Source of the DNA: an uncultured archaeon | Lineage (GTDB): Archaea; Asgardarchaeota; Thorarchaeia; Thorarchaeales; Thorarchaeaceae | Length of the DNA: 64,000 nt | Assembly (NCBI GenBank): GCA_964473825.1 | Contig: CAYYQL010000003.1 | Span: 76,992 to 140,991, forward strand | Direction: 5' to 3' | In this document: one piece after another, positions 58,376-64,000 of the stretch | Layout of the letters: each line of letters starts with the position of its first letter | How positions within the stretch are numbered: position 1 is the first letter of the stretch | The notes under the pieces: generated by a model | The model's input: only the letters and a program-made list of their open reading frames with translations | The model's database searches: none | Told to the model about the DNA's origin: nothing | Made by a program: the position numbers and the translations under genes

Positions 58376-58933
58376 ATGCAAGACATACTAGTCATTCTGA
58401 GCAATTGGCTCTACGCGACCTTTCATGAGCCTCCGATGTCAGGTTTACTCATCGTGGCCACATCCCTCTTTGTGACAAGTCTCAGTAACTTGGCTATGAA
58501 GCGGTTCTCTGATATGCGCCGTCTGAAGAGATACCAGACAGAAATCAAGCAGTACCAAGAGATGACGAAGAAGGCAGAAGAGACCCAGAATGAGAAACTC
58601 CTCAGGAAAGTCCGGAGACGAAAAGCATACATCGATCGGATTCAGCGTGAGATGCTCGGAGCACGGTGCAAACCCTCCCTGTTTTTCATAGTCCCCTTCA
58701 TGCTAATCTTCTCGCTATTGAGCGGATTCTACACTGACCCCGTCACAGGTGGCTCTGAAGTTGTTGCTGTCATCCCCTTCAATGTTCAGAAGCTTCTCCC
58801 GTTTCTCGATGGATACATCGGGACGGCCGTAGGCGGTGGATTCGGCCTATATTTCTACGCGTTCTACATGCTGGTTGGTTTTGGTCTAGGCCAGATAGTC
58901 CAGCGTGTAATGGGCGTGTCTCTCACAGGTTAG
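58376..58933 (+). CDS. DUF106-family membrane protein (archaeal Oxa1/YidC/EMC3-like insertase)
   Basis: 3-TM plus coiled-coil topology. Its position after adk is conserved in archaea. Confidence 0.65.
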   Translation: MQDILVILSNWLYATFHEPPMSGLLIVATSLFVTSLSNLAMKRFSDMRRLKRYQTEIKQYQEMTKKAEETQNEKLLRKVRRRKAYIDRIQREMLGARCKPSLFFIVPFMLIFSLLSGFYTDPVTGGSEVVAVIPFNVQKLLPFLDGYIGTAVGGGFGLYFYAFYMLVGFGLGQIVQRVMGVSLTG

Positions 58934-58941
58934 AACTCAGA

Positions 58942-58980
58942 GCTGGGGCACTTCAGCCCCTCGCTTCTGACTTCTATTCG
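58942..58980 (+). terminator. hairpin GCTGGGGC-acttca-GCCCC followed by a pyrimidine/T-rich stretch
   Basis: Stem-loop 8 nt after the DUF106 stop. Confidence 0.3.
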
Positions 58981-59075
58981 CCTCCATCTCAGCTGGTACA
59001 AGGTCTACCGTTCTCCTTAAAAGTAAAGGCAGCCCGTGGACGCTAGAAGCGATGATTTCCAATCGGTGATATGAG

Positions 59076-59345
59076 ATGCCCCGTCCAGGATTCTTGACCA
59101 AAGGTAGAGCCAACAGAAAGATAACGACACCCGGAAGCCGTACAGTAGTACACCGTCGCAATTTCTACCGTTCCTCTGGAACGTGTGCCCTCTCCGGTGT
59201 AGCCATGCAGCTTCCAAAGAACGCTAAGAACAGTCTGAGCTACAAGTCGAGCAAGTCATCAAAACGACCGAATAGGCCCTATGGCGGATATGCGACAGCT
59301 ACGGCTATGCGTCGGGGCATAATACGAGCGGCCAGAGATATTTAG
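59076..59345 (+). CDS. rpl34e: 50S ribosomal protein eL34
   Basis: MPRPGFLTKGRANRKITTPGSRTVVHRR.. plus a zinc-ribbon-like CA..SG. Confidence 0.85.
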   Translation: MPRPGFLTKGRANRKITTPGSRTVVHRRNFYRSSGTCALSGVAMQLPKNAKNSLSYKSSKSSKRPNRPYGGYATATAMRRGIIRAARDI

Positions 59346-59346
59346 G

Positions 59347-59892
59347 ATGAACCGCGTCATTACCATCGGAGGGCTGCACGGGACCGGTAAGAGCTCAGTT
59401 GCAGACCGCTTAGCTAATCACTTCAGTCTGAGGCGGGTGTCAGCAGGAGATATCTTCAGACAATTGGCTGCTGAACGAAATATGAGCTTGGCAGAATTCA
59501 GCAGGCATGCTGAGAAGAATGAGGATATCGATCGCCTCCTTGATGACACGCTTCGGAGAGAAGCAGAGAAAGGCGATGTTGTACTCGACGGACAGCTTGC
59601 AGGGTGGATGGCAGGTGACAATGCGGACCTCAAGATTCTGCTCACTGCACCTCTTGAGACTCGGGTTGCCCGGATTGCTGACCGGGATGACATACCGTAC
59701 GAGGAGGCTCGACGAGAGACAATAACACGTGAGGGCAGCGAACGAGCGCGCTATCAGGAGTACTATGGCATTGATATCTCGGATCCATCAATCTATGATG
59801 TTGTTCTGAACACAGCCAAATACGACCTCGATGGTGTAGTTGGTGTTCTGATTAGTGCAATTGAAACATATTACGAAAGATCTGCCAAGTGA
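59347..59892 (+). CDS. cmk: cytidylate kinase, archaeal type
   Basis: P-loop GGLHGTGKSS; sits in the conserved adk-DUF106-L34e-cmk-L14e cluster. Confidence 0.8.
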   Translation: MNRVITIGGLHGTGKSSVADRLANHFSLRRVSAGDIFRQLAAERNMSLAEFSRHAEKNEDIDRLLDDTLRREAEKGDVVLDGQLAGWMAGDNADLKILLTAPLETRVARIADRDDIPYEEARRETITREGSERARYQEYYGIDISDPSIYDVVLNTAKYDLDGVVGVLISAIETYYERSAK

Positions 59893-60018
59893 CCGCATCT
59901 AGCGTAAGGCTCTTATTGAGAGTGCGAGTGCGAAGCTTATTCTCCCAGTTTCCCGGGATGAACATTCGAGGTGACTCAGAATGATTCGGTTGACCGGGAC
60001 AGGTTGAGGTGTAATATC

Positions 60019-60300
60019 ATGAATCTATTCGAACCAGGTAGAATTTGCGTTAAGACTATGGGACGAGAAGCAGGCAGCTTCTGCGTCGTTGTTGAAAGAG
60101 AGGATAACAGATACGTAACCATCACTGGCCCGAAGCGTATCAATGGTGTTCGGCGTCGCAGATGCAATACTCGTCATCTAGAACCGATTGACCAGATGTT
60201 GGAGATATCTTCAGGGGCTGAAGACGACGAGATTGTAAATGCTTTAGAAGAGGCTGACCTCGTTGAACAGTTCCGAATGAGAATCAGGATTGAGGAATAG
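60019..60300 (+). CDS. rpl14e: 50S ribosomal protein eL14
   Basis: KOW motif ..PGRICVKTMGREAGSFCVVV..; the internal ATG was taken as start. Confidence 0.8.
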   Translation: MNLFEPGRICVKTMGREAGSFCVVVEREDNRYVTITGPKRINGVRRRRCNTRHLEPIDQMLEISSGAEDDEIVNALEEADLVEQFRMRIRIEE

Positions 60301-60332
60301 CCTTATCCCTTTCCAGGCCGTGTGTTCCCATT

Positions 60333-61334
60333 ATGCCGAATCTACTCCCCGCTGACAAACAGAGAGAAATCATTATACGGGCTGAGGATACCACAAATGC
60401 AGAGTACGGATTCAATGCACCCAAGGATATTCCTGTTGAGCAATTGTTGCAGAACGGCGTCATAAATCTTGACAAACCATCGGGGCCCACCAGTCATGAG
60501 ATTGCCACATGGGTCGGACGGATTCTAAATGTGGACAAAACCGGACATTCAGGAACACTCGACCCTGCAGTGACGGGAATTCTTCCTGTTGGCATAGGTG
60601 ATGCGACAAAGGCAATGCAGGCTCTACTCCCTGCAGGAAAGGAATACGTGTGTGTTCTTGAACTCCATAAGAAGACACCTGAAGAAGATATTCGAGGCGT
60701 GATAGAGGAGTTCACGGGGAAGCTGTACCAGAAGCCTCCTCTTAGGTCATCCGTTAGGAGAATACTGCGGGTGAGAGAGGTATACTACAACGAGATACTA
60801 GAAATCCGGGGACGGCTTGTACTGTTTCGGGTAGGATGTCAGGCCGGGACCTACATCCGAAAACTATGTTTTGACATTGGCGAGGCACTGGGGAGCGGTG
60901 GGCATATGCGCGAGCTCAGGAGAACCCGCGTTGGTAAGTTCCGCGAGGATGAACATCTATGTACGCTTCACGACCTCACTGATGCATATCATTTCTGGAA
61001 AGAGGACGGTGACGAAACAGATATTCGGAAGTTCGTTCTTCCCGTGGAGAGCGCTTTAGCTCATCTCCCTGAAATGGTGATTAGAGACAGCGCCGTGGCC
61101 GCTCTCTGTCACGGTGCGGATTTGGCCGCCAATGGTGTCCTGCGCCTCAGTACAGGTATCCAGCCTGATGACTTGGTCGCCGTCAGGACGCTCAAGGGGG
61201 AGGCTGTCTGCCTCTCTACTGCGAAGATGAAGAGCGACAACATTGCAAAATCTAAGAGCGGCATTGTAGCTGTGACTGACAGAGTCTTGATGGAACGAGG
61301 ACGATATCCGAGAATGTGGCAATCCAAAGAGTGA
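60333..61334 (+). CDS. cbf5: H/ACA RNP pseudouridine synthase Cbf5 (TruB family with PUA domain)
   Basis: ..NLDKPSGPTSHE..., GTLDPAVTGILPVGIG (catalytic Asp), and a C-terminal PUA domain. Confidence 0.9.
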   Translation: MPNLLPADKQREIIIRAEDTTNAEYGFNAPKDIPVEQLLQNGVINLDKPSGPTSHEIATWVGRILNVDKTGHSGTLDPAVTGILPVGIGDATKAMQALLPAGKEYVCVLELHKKTPEEDIRGVIEEFTGKLYQKPPLRSSVRRILRVREVYYNEILEIRGRLVLFRVGCQAGTYIRKLCFDIGEALGSGGHMRELRRTRVGKFREDEHLCTLHDLTDAYHFWKEDGDETDIRKFVLPVESALAHLPEMVIRDSAVAALCHGADLAANGVLRLSTGIQPDDLVAVRTLKGEAVCLSTAKMKSDNIAKSKSGIVAVTDRVLMERGRYPRMWQSKE

Positions 61335-61747
61335 TCGTTTCTCATGTACTAAAGCGAATATTGATTTACTAGTACGGGGACCAGTACGTGGCCCTGGAGC
61401 GAAAGCGCAACTGACGGTACTCATCATTCTGATGAGAGCTGAGGAAGCTCCCAACTACAGTCGGTGCCGGTCCTGTGCAAGCAGGGAGGTGAGAGCCTCG
61501 CTCTGGGAACAGAAACGACACCTCCAAGCCACAAATGACAATGATGCGGAAGTTGAATCCGTTGAGAAGTGTCTTGGTCCGGTTGAAACGACCCATCACC
61601 GTGTAGCAACTCCAAGAATACATCGTTGACGTGCCGACCCGAGGTGTAGGGTAGGAGGCTTAGTCTGATGTTGCAAGGTTCTCGCGTGGCAACACGCCTG
61701 AACGGAACAGAATTGGGGCTATTCTTCGGACCAGGGCCAATCCCATT

Positions 61748-62281
61748 TCAGATATCGTTCATGAACTCCTTCTGGACTTGAACCACTTGAGTACTATCCT
61801 TACACTCTGAATAGACTTGAAGAGGTTCCTTGTTCAGAGTGAGAAATGTTGGCCCCCACTTGAAGACCGACATGAGGTCCTCTGCCTGGTTCTTGAAGCC
61901 CATGATATAGAGGGCCGCAGCCACAGCCTCAGCAGTTGATAATTTGATTGGCTTGTATGTATTGACTGGATTGGCTGCAACGAGATACGGTAGAGCCCTT
62001 TGTCGTGTGCTCCAAGTCTGGGCAAATATCTCTTCAGCCCTTTTCCACGAGCAGTCCAGTGCGACAATTCCCGATTTCACCGCATGAACAGAATCTTCTC
62101 TTGAGAGAGCTCTCTCCGATACCGGATTCAGGACAATACTCTTGCGCGGAATCTTCCCGGTCGAATGGACAATTTCGGCCCTACCCATCCGTACAAGCCG
62201 TAGTCCTGTGCATTTCTTGGGATCGCACTGTGCAGCGTGATAGATGATTACCCGGATTTTCTGTGATTTCGCCATATACAT
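61748..62281 (-). CDS. tsr3: 16S rRNA aminocarboxypropyltransferase Tsr3 (DUF367)
   Basis: ..AQCDPKKCTGLRL.. N-terminal motif typical of Tsr3. Confidence 0.7.
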   Translation of the reverse strand: MYMAKSQKIRVIIYHAAQCDPKKCTGLRLVRMGRAEIVHSTGKIPRKSIVLNPVSERALSREDSVHAVKSGIVALDCSWKRAEEIFAQTWSTRQRALPYLVAANPVNTYKPIKLSTAEAVAAALYIMGFKNQAEDLMSVFKWGPTFLTLNKEPLQVYSECKDSTQVVQVQKEFMNDI

Positions 62282-62342
62282 CCAACTGACCTTTCGGAAG
62301 AGATTTCAACATTCCCCTTTTCCCCGATTAGTTGTGCTCGGT

Positions 62343-62621
62343 ATGCCTGCAGACCCAGAACATGCGTGCGAGATATGTGGCGAACCAGTGGTTGAGCTGC
62401 ATATATGCCGCATGTGCGGGGCTCCTGTATGCAACCAGTGCTGGATTGCGGGCGATCAGATATGCATTATCTGTATGGAAACGCGATGCCGTATATGCAA
62501 GGAATATCACGCATCTCGTGCTTGTGACGCATGTGGTCAACTCGTATGCGAGGATCACGGTCAACGGATTGATGCAGCTACGGTGTGTGAGGTGTGTTTG
62601 AAAGACCAAGCTAAACCCTGA
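62343..62621 (+). CDS. cysteine-rich multi-zinc-ribbon small protein
   Basis: About 16 Cys/His in ~92 aa arranged as repeated CxxC pairs. Confidence 0.45.
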   Translation: MPADPEHACEICGEPVVELHICRMCGAPVCNQCWIAGDQICIICMETRCRICKEYHASRACDACGQLVCEDHGQRIDAATVCEVCLKDQAKP

Positions 62622-62722
62622 TAACATCGGGTTGCAGTCATTCATCCCCTCTGATTGCTGTCTACATCGCACAACAATGGTATTATTACCACCTTCTCTT
62701 CTACTCATCTTGCGTGAGAAGA

Positions 62723-64000
62723 ATGGCCGTTGAAATACATCTCGGACTTGATGACATAGATAGCCCACGAGGAGGATGCACGACCCATTTTGCCAGTCTG
62801 CTTGTTGAGAGGCTATCCGCGGATGGGGTTCAATGGCTTGACTACCCGAATCTCATACGCTTGAATCCTAATGTTCCGTATAGGACTCGTGGAAATGGTG
62901 CTGTCGCGTTGAGGTTCAAGAGCGATGAGAAATACGCGAAGAATGTGCTTGAGATCGTACGGGAGATATTCCCCTCCTATATAGAGCGTGGCTATCGCAA
63001 TACCAATCCTGGAGTAGTCTTGGTGCTTGGAAGACCCACGGAAGAGATACGTGAATTCGGCGAGAAGGCGTTGTGGCGTGTCCAACCACTGGGAAATGTA
63101 CGTACGATGCTCATAGAGAACGATATTCCCCATATCGCGTCTGGAAACGGGAGAGGTCTCATTGGCGCAGTATCTGCCATCGGTAATGTCCTAGATGATG
63201 ATTATACGTATGAGTTTATTGCCTATCGGAGCGCCGAATTGAATGATGAAGAGCGCGGAGTCGATCCTGTTTCGGTTGCAGAGATGAACAGAAAAATGGG
63301 GGACAAGACCTTTGCCAATGTAGATGAATCAACTGGACAGGTTCTGATACAGCCAAATGGACCCGATCCAGTTTTGTTCGGCATCCGTGGCAACGAAGCT
63401 GAAGATGTGAAGGAAGCCGCATCTATGGTAGATTCAGAGCAGACTGTTGAAAGATGGACTATATTTCGGACGAATCAAGGAACAGACGCTCACCTGTCTA
63501 ATCTTCTGAAGATCAACAAATTGCGGCCATATCTCTCCGCGAGGGTGCGCGGCGAAGTTTCGAAGGACCCGCGAATGATAGTAGGTGGACACGTTATCTT
63601 CGAGATAGAGGACGAATCCGGTTCGGTTGAGTGTGCTGCCTATGAGCCCACTGGAGAGTTTCGGGAGATCGTGCAGAAACTCATCCCGGGTGATTTGGTC
63701 GAGTTGCACGCCGGTGTGAGGCCAGCATCTCGACAACACGAGCTCACACTGAATGTGGAGGGCATGATGATTGTACAACTCACAGAGCATGTTGAAGAGG
63801 CGAATCCAACCTGCCCCGACTGCGGAAAACGGATGAAGAGTGCCGGACGAAAAAAGGGATACAAATGCCCAAACTGTGGCTTGAAGGCCCCAGATGCCAA
63901 GCGGGTGAAGAGCATTCTTCCTCGGGAAATCAATACAGGTCTCTATCTCCCTCCTGCACGCGCGCAAAGACATCTAACAAGGCCTCTCGGCCGTCAGCCG
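62723..64000 (+). CDS. tiaS: tRNA(Ile2) 2-agmatinylcytidine synthetase TiaS, 3'-truncated by the window end
   Basis: Not in the ORF track because no stop occurs within the window. Translation gives MAVEIHLGLDDIDSPRGGCTTHF..., GRGLIGAVSAIG, VIFEIEDESGSVECAAYEPTGEF and CPDCGKRMKSAGRKKGYKCPNCG, which match the TiaS kinase, OB and zinc-ribbon domains. Confidence 0.85.
   Translation, partial: MAVEIHLGLDDIDSPRGGCTTHFASLLVERLSADGVQWLDYPNLIRLNPNVPYRTRGNGAVALRFKSDEKYAKNVLEIVREIFPSYIERGYRNTNPGVVLVLGRPTEEIREFGEKALWRVQPLGNVRTMLIENDIPHIASGNGRGLIGAVSAIGNVLDDDYTYEFIAYRSAELNDEERGVDPVSVAEMNRKMGDKTFANVDESTGQVLIQPNGPDPVLFGIRGNEAEDVKEAASMVDSEQTVERWTIFRTNQGTDAHLSNLLKINKLRPYLSARVRGEVSKDPRMIVGGHVIFEIEDESGSVECAAYEPTGEFREIVQKLIPGDLVELHAGVRPASRQHELTLNVEGMMIVQLTEHVEEANPTCPDCGKRMKSAGRKKGYKCPNCGLKAPDAKRVKSILPREINTGLYLPPARAQRHLTRPLGRQP

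Noticed and set aside
61410-61440. CTGATGAG (hammerhead-like) motif inside a hairpin
   Set aside because: There is no matching CGAAAC core or stem II/III arrangement. It is simply the 3' arm of a perfect CTCATCA/TGATGAG hairpin.
61440-61560. RNase P RNA-like conserved strands (GGAAGCUCC, GGUGCCGG, ACAGAAA)
   Set aside because: The motifs lie within about 80 nt of each other, whereas RNase P RNA needs about 250 nt or more between the P4 strands. The similarity is probably fortuitous. The region is kept only as an unclassified ncRNA candidate.
62813-63973. Minus-strand ORFs (106, 62, 68, 179, 97 aa) in the last 1.2 kb
   Set aside because: The plus-strand frame from 62723 to the window end encodes an excellent TiaS match. 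The minus-strand ORFs are antisense artefacts.
1-64000. CRISPR arrays, transposases/IS elements, integrases, rRNA genes
   Set aside because: No short direct-repeat/spacer arrays, no DDE or serine/tyrosine recombinase-like ORFs, and no rRNA-like conserved segments were seen. The only repeats are the ~190-bp pair and the intragenic eL32 duplication.

Overview
This window is archaeal chromosomal DNA, about 50% GC, densely coding with short intergenic spacers. Ribosomal proteins carry long acidic or lysine-rich tails, and several eukaryote-like proteins are present (Get3/ArsA with CxxC, a roadblock/LC7 protein, a long-form urocanase, a DUF106/EMC3-like membrane protein, a possible Sec61-beta). 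Together with a selenocysteine gene pair, this is consistent with an Asgard-type archaeon; that lineage call is inference only.

Main contents by position:
- 1-4250: exosome superoperon (Rrp41 C-terminus, Rrp42, L37ae, Brix, Pcc1, prefoldin beta, DUF3194-like, DHH phosphoesterase).
- 4.2-6.7 kb: ECF transporter energising module (EcfA1, EcfA2, EcfT).
- 6.8-17.7 kb: class II CPD photolyase, a VOC-family protein, a DinB-like protein, TldD/PmbA, urocanase (hutU), endonuclease V.
- 17.7-21.1 kb, minus strand: selenocysteine cluster (aSelB, then SepSecS, then a co-oriented hypothetical).
- 21-33 kb: housekeeping and small zinc-ribbon genes, including tRNA-splicing endonuclease, UppP, Get3/ArsA, RpoP, a radical-SAM/TRAM protein, SUI1 and TFB.
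- 33-41 kb: MetAP2, roadblock/LC7, GGGP synthase, an ICMT-like methyltransferase, and an HdrA-like flavoprotein next to MobA and HypD.
- 45.7-60.3 kb: the large ribosomal-protein/secY/adk/cmk cluster (uL22 through eL14). An Hsp20 gene sits between uL30 and uL15. eL32 has a tandem HhH extension.
- 60.3-64.0 kb: Cbf5, Tsr3, and TiaS truncated at the window end.

No rRNA, convincing tRNA, CRISPR array or transposase was found.

Most notable observations:
- A roughly 190-bp intergenic element occurs in two diverged copies as direct repeats around a 2.6-kb segment.
- The SelB-SepSecS operon carries an uncharacterised co-transcribed gene.
- Hsp20 is embedded in the ribosomal operon.
- SUI1 has no in-frame start codon.
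- Several unusually long noncoding intervals have structured-RNA features.
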